Assembly (NCBI GenBank): GCA_049969615.1 | Contig: JBMFOM010000064.1 | Coordinates: forward strand, 1 to 11,877 | Direction of reading: 5' to 3' | Length of the DNA: 11,877 nucleotides | Source: a candidate division WOR-3 bacterium | Lineage (GTDB): Bacteria > Hydrothermota > Hydrothermia > JBDRYB01 | Part shown: one piece after another, positions 1-8,154 of the stretch | Layout: each line of letters starts with the position of its first letter | How positions within the stretch are numbered: the first letter of the stretch is position 1 | Notes under the pieces: model-generated | What the model was told of the DNA's origin: nothing | What the model saw: only the letters and a program-made list of their open reading frames with translations | Databases searched by the model: none | Program-made: the position numbers and the translations under genes

Positions 1-36
1 CTTAGGGTTAGTTTTTTATTTTGAGCGATTGAAGGC

Positions 37-367
37 CCTAAGGTTAGGGTTTAGTTTTGAGCGAACAGGGTATTTGGGAGACCCCTGATAAAAGCAATAA
101 TAGCTTACTGGTTTGGGGGAGGAGCGCTTTGTCCAAAGGAACAGGGTTCTAAGAGGGGGTCCACGAAAAATCCCACCAAGATAGTATTCCATCAGGGTTC
201 TCTTTTGGCTATGATGAGGCTCCCGGATGGAGATGAAGGACACCGGGATTTTTCGGGGGTTCCATATATGTGATCCTTTCCCCGGCTGTATTCCCTTAGC
301 CCTATCCAATCTGGGGCAAGGGGTTTGGCGGTTTCAGGAGCAAAAATTGAGCTTCTTAGTCCTTAGG
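37..367. repeat. Long imperfect inverted repeat (~330 bp fold-back); possible degenerate MITE-like element or structured RNA
   Basis: Nested complementary arms around a centre at ~201-210: CCTAAGG 37-43/CCTTAGG 361-367; 47-58/343-354; 79-86/319-326; 110-120/291-301; 138-148/272-281; CGAAAAATCCC 164-174/GGGATTTTTCG 245-255; 188-197/222-231. Confidence 0.75.
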
Positions 368-448
368 TTATGGCAAGGTCAATGAGCACCATTGGAACAT
401 TTGAGGAAGGGATCAGGGCCATAGCCCTTTCGCAAATGTATTTCAAGC

Positions 449-478
449 TTGCGCCGGATAGGATACTTTCCTTATATT
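449..478 (+). promoter_or_regulatory. Putative sigma70 promoter for the 489 gene, with a very short or no leader
   Basis: TTGCGC (449-454), 18-nt spacer, TATATT (473-478); ATG 10 nt downstream; no Shine-Dalgarno visible. Confidence 0.35.
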
Positions 479-488
479 TTCAAGCTCA

Positions 489-1805
489 ATGAAAAAAAGA
501 GTCCTGATCCTCGGAGCCGCTGGAAGGGATTTTCACAATTTTAACATGGTCTTCAGATCAAACCCTGACCACGAGGTTGTTGGCTTTACTGCAACCCAGA
601 TACCCGACATAGCCGACAGGCTTTATCCACCAGAGCTGGCAGGAGAGCTTTATCCCAAGGGAATACCGATATACAGCGAGGAGCGCCTAGAGGAGATAAT
701 CCGGGAACTGAAGGTGAACCTGGTGGTATTTGCTTACTCAGATGTCACCCACGAGCATGTCATGCACATCGCGTCAAGGGCAATGTCCGCTGGTGCGAGC
801 TTCATGCTCCTTGGCCCAGAAGACACTACCTTGGAGTCAAAGAGGCCTGTAGTCGCGGTTTGTGCTGTCAGGACTGGTTCCGGCAAGAGCCAAACAACCC
901 GCAGGGTTGCCGAAATCCTTGAGGAACACGGCAAAAAAGTTGTCGTAATAAGACACCCCATGCCCTATGGTGATCTAAGAAAGCAGATCTGCCAGCGTTT
1001 CGCGTCCTTTGATGATCTGAAGAAACACAACTGCACCATAGAGGAAATGGAGGAATATGAACCCCATATCCAGGCCGGGCGAGTGGTCTACGCCGGCGTT
1101 GATTACAGAAAGATACTCTCAGAGGCTGAGGGCGAGGCCGATGTAATCCTCTGGGATGGCGGAAATAACGATTTTCCTTTTTACAAACCGAACCTTCTGA
1201 TAGTGGTTGCTGATCCCCTGAGGCCCGGCCACGAGCGCAGGTATCATCCCGGGGAAACCGTCTTTAGGATGGCTAATGTCATACTGATAAACAAGGTTGA
1301 TTCCGCTGACCTGGATGGGATTGACGCTGTGGTAGACTCTGCCAGAGAGCTCAACCCGGGAGCCAGGATTATCCTCGGTGCGAGCCCGGTTTTCGTTGAT
1401 GATCCAACGGCAATAAGGGGCAAAAGGGTCCTCGTCATAGAGGATGGCCCCACCCTGACTCATGGGGAAATGGGCTATGGTGCGGGTTGGGTCGCGGCCA
1501 GGCTCTTTGGCGCAGGCGAAATAGTGGGCCCGGTTCCCTATGCTGTCGGCTCAATCGCCGAGGCCTACGAGAAATACCCCCATGTGAGGGATGTCTTGCC
1601 GGCCCTGGGTTATTCAGAGCACCAGCTCCTTGAGCTGGAGGCCACTATTAACGCCTCGCCTGCAGAGCTCATCCTCTCGGCCACCCCCATAGACCTCGCT
1701 AGAGTAATAAAGGTTCGCAAGCCCCTGGTCAGGGTGCGCTATGACCTGCAGGTCATAGGTAAGCCGAACCTGGAGGATGTGCTTTCGGAAAAGGGATTGA
1801 TATAA
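489..1805 (+). CDS. COG2403 P-loop NTPase, cyclic 2,3-diphosphoglycerate synthetase-like; probable arginine synthetase (ArcE) subfamily
   Basis: 438 aa. N-terminal ILGAAGRDFHNFN, Walker A AVRTGSGKSQT, and family motifs RHPMPYG, TIEEMEEYEPH, WDGGNND, EDGPTLTHG, LPALGY. Confidence 0.8.
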   Translation: MKKRVLILGAAGRDFHNFNMVFRSNPDHEVVGFTATQIPDIADRLYPPELAGELYPKGIPIYSEERLEEIIRELKVNLVVFAYSDVTHEHVMHIASRAMSAGASFMLLGPEDTTLESKRPVVAVCAVRTGSGKSQTTRRVAEILEEHGKKVVVIRHPMPYGDLRKQICQRFASFDDLKKHNCTIEEMEEYEPHIQAGRVVYAGVDYRKILSEAEGEADVILWDGGNNDFPFYKPNLLIVVADPLRPGHERRYHPGETVFRMANVILINKVDSADLDGIDAVVDSARELNPGARIILGASPVFVDDPTAIRGKRVLVIEDGPTLTHGEMGYGAGWVAARLFGAGEIVGPVPYAVGSIAEAYEKYPHVRDVLPALGYSEHQLLELEATINASPAELILSATPIDLARVIKVRKPLVRVRYDLQVIGKPNLEDVLSEKGLI

Positions 1806-2086
1806 ACACCAAGGCAGCACACAACTAGCGAGTTACGAGCCACCTGAGCATGGAAACCCGCGTAAAATCGTGGGTATGATCCGGAATTTTCCGAGGGAAT
1901 ACAGGTATCTCCAGATAGTTGAGAACATCTGGGACAAGAAGAGAAAGAGGGCCACCCAGAGGGCCGTTTTCTCCATGGGCAGGATAGACACCCTTGACAG
2001 GGCCAAGTATGTGAATAGGTCTCGCTGAGAACCCCCTCTGAACATGGTGCCAATTTCCCCGCCTTGATTCCTCTTAAGTCCTTACC

Positions 2087-2197
2087 TATCAATGACCTAC
2101 GAAAAATGAGGTGTCAAAGATGAGTAACCTAGTGCCGAAACTTTGCCCCATGATCCCTGGGATCCCTTATCAATAAACGAATTGAGAAAAATGAGGT
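2087..2197. repeat. Degenerate tandem duplication, period about 81-85 bp
   Basis: GAAAAATGAGGT at 2101-2112 and 2186-2197; TATCAAT at 2087-2093 and 2168-2174. Confidence 0.55.
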
Positions 2198-2232
2198 ACC
2201 AGGATTGGGCTTAGTAAATGATAAGGCATTCG

Positions 2233-2697
2233 TCAAGAACAACGCAAGCTTTTGATCATCGTCTCTCCGCACCATGCGACCGCCAGGGCGTCAGCAACAT
2301 GCTCTGATATGTCATCCTGGATATTGTAGAGCCTCCTGACCATGTAGAGGACGCTTTCCTTTCCCGCCCTGCCAGCGCCTGAGACCGCCTTTTTCACGGC
2401 CGTGGGGGATATTTCCTCAACGGGCACGCGCTTTTGGGTGGCAGCCAGGAGAACGACCCCGCGGGCCGCTCCCATCACAAGAGCGGTCTTTGGGTTCTTG
2501 TGATATATGACCGCCTCCATGACCAAAAGATCTGGCCTGAATTCCTCAAGCACGTCTGTTATCTTGGACTGAATCAAAAGCAGTTTCTGTCCCAGGGAAC
2601 CACGGGGTCTCAGATCTCCCGTCGCGAGGACTCTCCCCTCCTCCACCACACAGAAACCCACCGCGTTAGCACCCGGATCAACTCCCATTATCCTCAA
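2233..2697 (-). CDS. ruvC: Crossover junction endodeoxyribonuclease RuvC
   Basis: 154 aa. GVDPG (catalytic D), LVMEA (catalytic E), [34 protein letters not shown] start overlaps the yebC TGA stop. Confidence 0.95.
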   Translation of the reverse strand: MRIMGVDPGANAVGFCVVEEGRVLATGDLRPRGSLGQKLLLIQSKITDVLEEFRPDLLVMEAVIYHKNPKTALVMGAARGVVLLAATQKRVPVEEISPTAVKKAVSGAGRAGKESVLYMVRRLYNIQDDISEHVADALAVAWCGETMIKSLRCS

Positions 2698-3440
2698 GCC
2701 AGCGCCTCCAGCACTTCCTCTGGAATGTCAAAGTTGGCATAGACATCCTGGACATCATCCAGGTCCTCAAGGGCCTCCATGAGCTTGAGAAGGCGTTCGG
2801 CCTCGTTTCCCTCAACCCTGATGGTATTCTTCGGGACACGGGTTATCTCAGCGGAGGATACGACAAAACCAGCGGCCTCAACGGCCGCTCTGACAGCACC
2901 AAAATTCCTGACCTCGGTGGTTATCTCGTAGGTGTCAGAAAGACTCTTGAAATCCTCCGCGCCCGCATCAGCGGCAACTGTCAAAACATCCTCTTCCTCA
3001 GCGCCTGCCTTCTCAACATAGATGACGCCCTTCTCAGCGAACTGCCACGCGACCGTCCCGGATTTGCCTAGATTGCCACCATATTTGGTCAGCACATGCC
3101 TGACCTCGCCAGTGGTCCGGTTCTTGTTGTCCGTCAGGGCGACGATCATGATCGCCACGCCCCCGGGGCCATATCCCTCATATATGGTTTCTTCAAAACC
3201 AGTGCCTTCCTCTCCACCTGTAGCCTTTTTTATAGCCCTCTCTATGTTATCCATGGGCATATTCGCGGCCCTTGCCCTGTCAATAGCGAGTCTGAGCCTC
3301 GGGTTCAGATCAGGATCAGGCCCGCCTATCCTTGCCGCAACCTGAATTTCTCTTATGAGCTTGGCAAAACGCTTGCCCTTTTGGGCATCAACCTTTGCTT
3401 TCTTGTGTTTTATCTGAGCCCATTTTGAGTGGCCAGCCAT
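2694..3440 (-). CDS. yebC: YebC/PmpR/TACO1 family protein
   Basis: 248 aa. [49 protein letters not shown] upstream; classic synteny with ruvC. Confidence 0.97.
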   Translation of the reverse strand: MAGHSKWAQIKHKKAKVDAQKGKRFAKLIREIQVAARIGGPDPDLNPRLRLAIDRARAANMPMDNIERAIKKATGGEEGTGFEETIYEGYGPGGVAIMIVALTDNKNRTTGEVRHVLTKYGGNLGKSGTVAWQFAEKGVIYVEKAGAEEEDVLTVAADAGAEDFKSLSDTYEITTEVRNFGAVRAAVEAAGFVVSSAEITRVPKNTIRVEGNEAERLLKLMEALEDLDDVQDVYANFDIPEEVLEALA

Positions 3441-3468
3441 GTTTCCTCCAAATTATCCATAATGTTAA

Positions 3469-3490
3469 TGCAGGGCAGTGGCCCTTTGCA
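3469..3490 (-). terminator. Possible weak terminator hairpin between the beta-helix gene and yebC
   Basis: AGGGC/GCCCT stem extended by TGCA/TGCA with a bulge; poor U-tract. Confidence 0.3.
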
Positions 3491-3510
3491 ACGGCTAATG
3501 GCCTGAGGGT

Positions 3511-5406
3511 TTATCTTGGTGCCACCGCGGCTGTGTATAGATTCTGCCCCCCGGCCTCCATAAACAGCAAATATGTTCCGGGTTTCAATGGCTCCCAGCA
3601 GACCTCGTGCGGGCCTGGCTCGGCTAAACCGTCCCAGAGCACCCCGACGAGCTTGCCATCCAGGTCATAGGCCTTCAGGATGATCCTCTCGGCCTGGGGC
3701 ACACCAAAGCCCACCAAAATGCCCCTGGCAGATGGAACAGCTTTGAGATAAAGTGCTCCGGACTTCTCCTTTTCCTCTGCGGCGACATTTTGAACCGTGT
3801 AATAAGGTGAGAACTCCGAGGTACTCTGGGTCTGATCTATGCAAACCGATGTTATGGTGTCGCCAACAGTTGGGCCTCCAGGCACAACAACGCGCCAGTT
3901 GCCAGAGCCGTCAGCGTTCGCGGTTGCCAGATGAATGCCCTCGCCGTAGCCCGTGGGATCAACGATACCAGTAGCAAGATAAACCTCAACCGTGGAATTG
4001 ACTGCGGCTGTCCCGGTTATTACGGTTGAGTCTCCCAGGTCGTAGTGGGTGGCTCCGGTTATGACCGGATAGTTCAGGAGGAAATTCGGGCCAAAGTCCG
4101 GATCTCCAGGGTCGTTAACGGTAACGCCGTTGTTCGCGAGGTCGATCCCCAGACCCACGTTTGAGTAAATGTCGTTCCTGGAGAGCCTGTTTATGACCGT
4201 GTAGAAATCCGTCGGCCCTGAACCGACAACTATGCCTTTCGCGTTGTATGCTATTCTGTTTCCGTAGCTCAGATAAGGCACATATGGGTTGTATCCCACG
4301 ACATTATACTGCGAGGAGTCATAGACATAGACACCTATACCTCCGTTTCCGATAGGGTTCCCGTTCCGACCACAGCCTATGAGGTTTCCGTATATATGAT
4401 TATATGAGCCACGCCGGACCAAAACCCCTGATGAGAGCAATCCGGATATAATATTGTCATTGACCTGGGTGTATGTGCTCGTGTCTATCTGGATGCCGTT
4501 TATCTGATACCCGCCGGAGGCTGTTCCGGATGTGTCCGTTCCGATGTAATTGTGCGTGATCCAGATGTGGTCTGACATTTTCACGAGAATCCCTATTGTG
4601 GAGTCCGCGGATATGATGTTCTTCCCGGAGTAGCCCGCGCTGTCACCGATAAGGCAGTATGAGGAGACATTAACATAAATTCCTCCTGCGTAGCCGTTCG
4701 GACAGGGTTGGCCAGTGTATCCCAGGCCTATCCTGTTGCCCGAGACCTGGTTGTTGAGTCCTTGATAGATATACAAACCACATATGCCCGCAACAGGCCC
4801 CGTACCGCAGTTTCCTGATATGATGTTGCCCTCAAGCTCGTCCCCAAAACCATCCAGGTTCGTGCCTATTCGGTTAGAGTCCGAGTTATATATCCAGATG
4901 CCAAAGTAGTTCGGGGCAGGGTTTATGCCCTCAGGGTCTGTGCCTATCCAACAGCCCATGATCTGGTTCTGACTCGTTCCTCCTATGAATATCCCCGCGC
5001 TCGTGAAGTTGGATATCACCAAGCCCTTTATGATGTTCCACCTTGATCCCAGGACAAGGCCGAAGGTAACGCTAGCGTTCCCGTCAAGCACAATATCCGG
5101 GGTCCCGTTCCCGTTTATGTCGCCAAAGATCGTCAGGCCCCAATTGTCCGAGAGCATGGGAAGTTCAGTGGCCAGACTTATCCTCCACGCGCTCTCGCCG
5201 CCCTGCGTAGCGCGAGATATGGGGATGTAGCCGGCACCGATGAAGGCCAAGGTATCAAACACGACCGTGTCCGGCCAGGCGTTCGCGTTCTCGAGGGTAA
5301 TGGCCTCGCGGAGGGTTCCCGGGCCAGAGTCAGCCAGGTCTGTCACCGTGTATTTGGCCCCGAGGGCCACACCAACAACGCTCAGAAACGCTACAAAGGT
5401 TCTCAT
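3511..5406 (-). CDS. Secreted right-handed parallel beta-helix repeat protein (CSLREA-like N-terminus) with Ig-like domain and T9SS/FlgD-like C-terminal tail
   Basis: 631 aa. Signal peptide MRTFVAFLSVVGVALGA; VTDLADSGPGTLREAI; repeated N-x-I-x-G-N-x-I-G and NIISG motifs; GLGIDLANNGVTVND...NYPVIT; C-terminal AYDLDGKLV...PGTYLL; GGAGGT SD. Confidence 0.85.
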   Translation of the reverse strand: MRTFVAFLSVVGVALGAKYTVTDLADSGPGTLREAITLENANAWPDTVVFDTLAFIGAGYIPISRATQGGESAWRISLATELPMLSDNWGLTIFGDINGNGTPDIVLDGNASVTFGLVLGSRWNIIKGLVISNFTSAGIFIGGTSQNQIMGCWIGTDPEGINPAPNYFGIWIYNSDSNRIGTNLDGFGDELEGNIISGNCGTGPVAGICGLYIYQGLNNQVSGNRIGLGYTGQPCPNGYAGGIYVNVSSYCLIGDSAGYSGKNIISADSTIGILVKMSDHIWITHNYIGTDTSGTASGGYQINGIQIDTSTYTQVNDNIISGLLSSGVLVRRGSYNHIYGNLIGCGRNGNPIGNGGIGVYVYDSSQYNVVGYNPYVPYLSYGNRIAYNAKGIVVGSGPTDFYTVINRLSRNDIYSNVGLGIDLANNGVTVNDPGDPDFGPNFLLNYPVITGATHYDLGDSTVITGTAAVNSTVEVYLATGIVDPTGYGEGIHLATANADGSGNWRVVVPGGPTVGDTITSVCIDQTQSTSEFSPYYTVQNVAAEEKEKSGALYLKAVPSARGILVGFGVPQAERIILKAYDLDGKLVGVLWDGLAEPGPHEVCWEPLKPGTYLLFMEAGGQNLYTAAVAPR

Positions 5407-5425
5407 GGAAACCTCCTATAGCAAA

Positions 5426-5455
5426 ATTATAGGGGGTTGTTTTTCCGGATTTCAA
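5426..5455 (-). promoter_or_regulatory. Internal sigma70 promoter for the beta-helix gene, lying in the 3' end of the acyltransferase gene
   Basis: Minus strand TTGAAA (5455-5450), 18-nt spacer, TATAAT (5431-5426), then GGAGGT and ATG at 5406. Confidence 0.6.
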
Positions 5456-6071
5456 GGCTCTCGCACATAGGTTCAGGCAATTTCCCCGCGAGCATGGCCT
5501 TTGCTTTTTCGGAGACCTCCGAGAGCCTTTTGCCAGCCTCACCAGCGCTAATCCCGGTATCCCTTTCTTCTTCAAGATAAACCACGCAACGGGAAAACGG
5601 CTTCGGGATCATGAAGCCATCCCAGGAATCCAACTGCCAGTATGAAGAATACGCGACACCAACATAGAGAACCGGGACCCTGAGGCCCTTTGCCAGGCGC
5701 CACGCGCCATCCTTGAACTCATACCTTGGGCCACGGGGACCATCGGGGGTTATAGCAACAGATCTGCCGCGTTTTACCCCTTCTACGACGGAACGAACCG
5801 CCTTTGAGCCATCCCTGGTCGCCGAGCCCCGAGCAAGACCGAACCCGAATATACGGAGAACCCCGGCCACCAGCTCACCATCCTGATGTGTGGAAACCAA
5901 AACAACAACGCCCCTGCGCCTGTGGGTGAATATGAGGGGAAATAACGCGTTGTGCCAGAACAGATACACAACAGGGTCAGAGAAGGCGTCATAGCCATAG
6001 AAACGAACCCTCATGGTCCGGAGCCAGAGGTAATAGGCCGGAACCAGGAGCCATGGGAGCAGTTTTCTCAT
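5427..6071 (-). CDS. DUF374 / lysophospholipid acyltransferase (LPLAT) family protein
   Basis: 214 aa from the ATG at 6071, which overlaps the protease stop (ATGA). Motifs FWH, STHQDGE, RGSATRDG, TPDGPRGP, SWDGFMIPKPF. Confidence 0.88.
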   Translation of the reverse strand: MRKLLPWLLVPAYYLWLRTMRVRFYGYDAFSDPVVYLFWHNALFPLIFTHRRRGVVVLVSTHQDGELVAGVLRIFGFGLARGSATRDGSKAVRSVVEGVKRGRSVAITPDGPRGPRYEFKDGAWRLAKGLRVPVLYVGVAYSSYWQLDSWDGFMIPKPFSRCVVYLEEERDTGISAGEAGKRLSEVSEKAKAMLAGKLPEPMCESLEIRKNNPL

Positions 6072-7165
6072 CTTGGGACAGCGAGACTGAAGGGAACCGG
6101 GGTTATTGTAAGGATGAAGATCAGGAAACATATCCACCCCAAGACAATGCGCCCCTTATTAAGCGCGACCGTGTCCACCAGGGTCGGGGGATGCTTTACC
6201 CCAAATATCAGGATAAGCAGGGCCCACCACCACCAGCCTGGCCAGAATATCCCAGCGACCAGCAAAACGGCCCAGAATACCCAAGCGAATGGCTTGTGCC
6301 ACCGACCCATAAGGGCATAAGCGATATGGCCACCATCCAGCTGGCCGACCGGGATCAGGTTCAAGGCGGTGACGAAGAAGCCTATCCAACCAGCAAAGGC
6401 AATGGGATGTAGGATCACATCGTGTCCGTCGGGGGGATTTCCTATTGCGAGAAAGCTCATGAGCTTGAAAAGCAGGGAATCGCCCAATAGAAGCGCTCCC
6501 TCTATCCCAGCCTTGGGCACGAAGGAGGAGAGTTTGAGACCAATAAAGGTCAAGGGCAAAGCCGCGACCAGGCCAGCTATTGGTCCAGCCACGCCAATAT
6601 CAATGAGTGCCCTACGGGTCGGTATTGGGCTTTTTATCCTGATCACAGCGCCCATTGTCCCTATTATTGTGGGAAAGGGTATGAAATACGGAAGCGTTGC
6701 TTCAACTCCGTGGAGGCGGGACGCTATGTAGTGGCCCATCTCGTGGATAAAAAGGATGCCCATTATTGAAAGCGAAAACGGAAGCCCCTTCCAGAGTAGC
6801 CATGGTTGTCTCAGAAGTTCGCCGAGTCCGACCTGTTCATACATGGCTCCGACCGTCAGTGTGGTCAGCAAGGTTAGGGCGAACAGAAGGATGTTTATCC
6901 AGTAGCGGGATCTTTTTGCCATAGGCCTGGGCAGGAGTATTGCCCTGACCATTGCGTCATCTTTGTGGGCTATATGGAGATAAAAACCGGCTTGGTTTGC
7001 CTCAATTAGGAACCTTTCCAGGTTCTCCTTTTCTGGGGGCCTGATGTATCCATCAAACATGGACATGCCTTCGGGCAAGACCTCACCGGCTATAACTTCC
7101 ATGAACTTTCCAGCAAGGGCCTCGGCAGCCTCTGTCCGCGGGTCCGGACCTACTTCGTTTTCCAT
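6068..7165 (-). CDS. Site-2 protease, peptidase M50 family intramembrane zinc metalloprotease
   Basis: 365 aa. HEMGH zinc motif, IGVAGPIAG, NLIPVGQLDGGH, several hydrophobic helices; GAGGT SD; 16-bp overlap with the DUF62 gene. Confidence 0.93.
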   Translation of the reverse strand: MENEVGPDPRTEAAEALAGKFMEVIAGEVLPEGMSMFDGYIRPPEKENLERFLIEANQAGFYLHIAHKDDAMVRAILLPRPMAKRSRYWINILLFALTLLTTLTVGAMYEQVGLGELLRQPWLLWKGLPFSLSIMGILFIHEMGHYIASRLHGVEATLPYFIPFPTIIGTMGAVIRIKSPIPTRRALIDIGVAGPIAGLVAALPLTFIGLKLSSFVPKAGIEGALLLGDSLLFKLMSFLAIGNPPDGHDVILHPIAFAGWIGFFVTALNLIPVGQLDGGHIAYALMGRWHKPFAWVFWAVLLVAGIFWPGWWWWALLILIFGVKHPPTLVDTVALNKGRIVLGWICFLIFILTITPVPFSLAVPR

Positions 7166-7905
7166 ATTACCTCAACAACATCCCCCACTGATAGGGAAAG
7201 GGTAACCGATGCATCTCCATCCCTGACAGAAAGTTCAAGAAAACCACCAGAACCTACGAGCGCGAGGGCCTGACCGGGTTCAACATCCCCGTATGTCCTG
7301 GCAGAGGATATTTCTTTGCCGCCGGCCATCACAGCGAAGTTCCTATTCTCAAGCATTTTAGCCGGCACATCCGTTATCAGGTTACCGAACCTATCCCTCA
7401 GGATGATCCTGGCTCTGAGCCCCTCGCCAGTATCCCTGGGCGACAAGAAAGCGCAGTGTGTTGGCGAGGAACAGGCCCGGCCAAGATTTTCAATCTTCTC
7501 TCCCATGGCGATTCTTCTGGCCGCGGGGGCAAAGACATCCCTCGCATGGAATGTAGCGGAGGCCTCCGGTGGAACAGGGATCTCAAATGCCCTGAAATCT
7601 TTATCCATAAAAGGGGAAAGTATGCCGTTGTCCGGGGCAACAAAGAAATAATCTCTCCAACTAGCGACCAGAGCTTTCCTGGTTGTGCCAACACCCGGAT
7701 CAACCACAGCCAGGAAAACTGAACCCGGTGGATAATACCTGTAAGAGGTAAATAGAACATATGCACCGGCCCTAACATCCTCCGGAGGAATATCATGGCA
7801 AAGGTCAATTGTCTCAAGTCCGGCAAGTATGCCTTTCACTTGGCCAACATAAAGACTCTCCGGCCCGAAGTCAGAGAGAAAAACAATTATTCTAGCTGAA
7901 ACCAC
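7150..7905 (-). CDS. DUF62 family S-adenosyl-L-methionine hydroxide adenosyltransferase (fluorinase/chlorinase superfamily)
   Basis: FLSDFG, DLCHDIPP, VVDPGVGTTR, APDNGIL, TFHARDVFAP, DRFGNLITD, GSGGFLELSV. GTG start at 7905 (251 aa) chosen from the promoter position and where the family motifs begin; the ORF track extends to 7929. Confidence 0.9.
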   Translation of the reverse strand: MVSARIIVFLSDFGPESLYVGQVKGILAGLETIDLCHDIPPEDVRAGAYVLFTSYRYYPPGSVFLAVVDPGVGTTRKALVASWRDYFFVAPDNGILSPFMDKDFRAFEIPVPPEASATFHARDVFAPAARRIAMGEKIENLGRACSSPTHCAFLSPRDTGEGLRARIILRDRFGNLITDVPAKMLENRNFAVMAGGKEISSARTYGDVEPGQALALVGSGGFLELSVRDGDASVTLSLSVGDVVEVIWKTK

Positions 7906-7912
7906 GGATGAT

Positions 7913-7942
7913 ATTATAAAGCAAGGCACATACCGAATCCAA
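7913..7942 (-). promoter_or_regulatory. Putative sigma70 promoter giving a leaderless transcript for the DUF62-M50-DUF374 operon
   Basis: Minus strand TTGGAT (7942-7937), 18-nt spacer, TATAAT (7918-7913), 7 nt, then GTG at 7905; no SD. Confidence 0.6.
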
Positions 7943-7967
7943 GTTAAGTTGTCCTGTTCTGTATTTC

Positions 7968-8057
7968 ATAACCCAGATTTTTCGGCAGGCCAGAAACCTC
8001 GAATTATAAAAAGGTCAACCCGTTTGGCATTGCATAGCATGACTTTTGAACCCGGAC
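7968..8057. repeat. Diverged intergenic repeat, copy A
   Basis: Aligns without gaps to 11641-11730; 62 of 90 identical by manual count. Confidence 0.8.
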
Positions 8058-8103
8058 ACCGCAATACCTGGGAAGCTTCAGAGCATCACTGTAAATCCAT
8101 TCA

Positions 8104-8132
8104 TTGATCCTGCGCAGGAAGTGGGTTATAAT
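8104..8132 (+). promoter_or_regulatory. Sigma70 promoter for the FG-GAP gene
   Basis: TTGATC (8104-8109), 17-nt spacer, TATAAT (8127-8132); SD GGAGGTG 8144-8150; ATG 8155. Confidence 0.7.
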
Positions 8133-8154
8133 ATGGTTGATCTGGAGGTGCTTT

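Noticed and set aside
2-49. TTAGGG telomere-like hexamers
   Set aside because: Only two non-tandem copies in a bacterial context.
16-309. 97-aa minus-strand ORF
   Set aside because: No recognisable motif, and it lies almost entirely within the palindrome; probably spurious.
1833-2045. 70-aa minus-strand ORF with a hydrophobic stretch (possible small membrane peptide or type I toxin)
   Set aside because: No convincing SD and no family motif; cannot be supported, though not excluded.
2087-2197. CRISPR array
   Set aside because: Only two units with a 12-bp exact core, and no cas genes in the window.
6072-6137. N-terminal extensions in the ORF track (starts at 6137, 7929, 8104, 9678)
   Set aside because: They overlap neighbouring genes or promoter boxes; downstream starts have SD, overlap or promoter support.
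7150-7929. Fluorinase or chlorinase call
   Set aside because: The Asp-Arg-His hydrolase triad is present and there is no biosynthetic cluster context.
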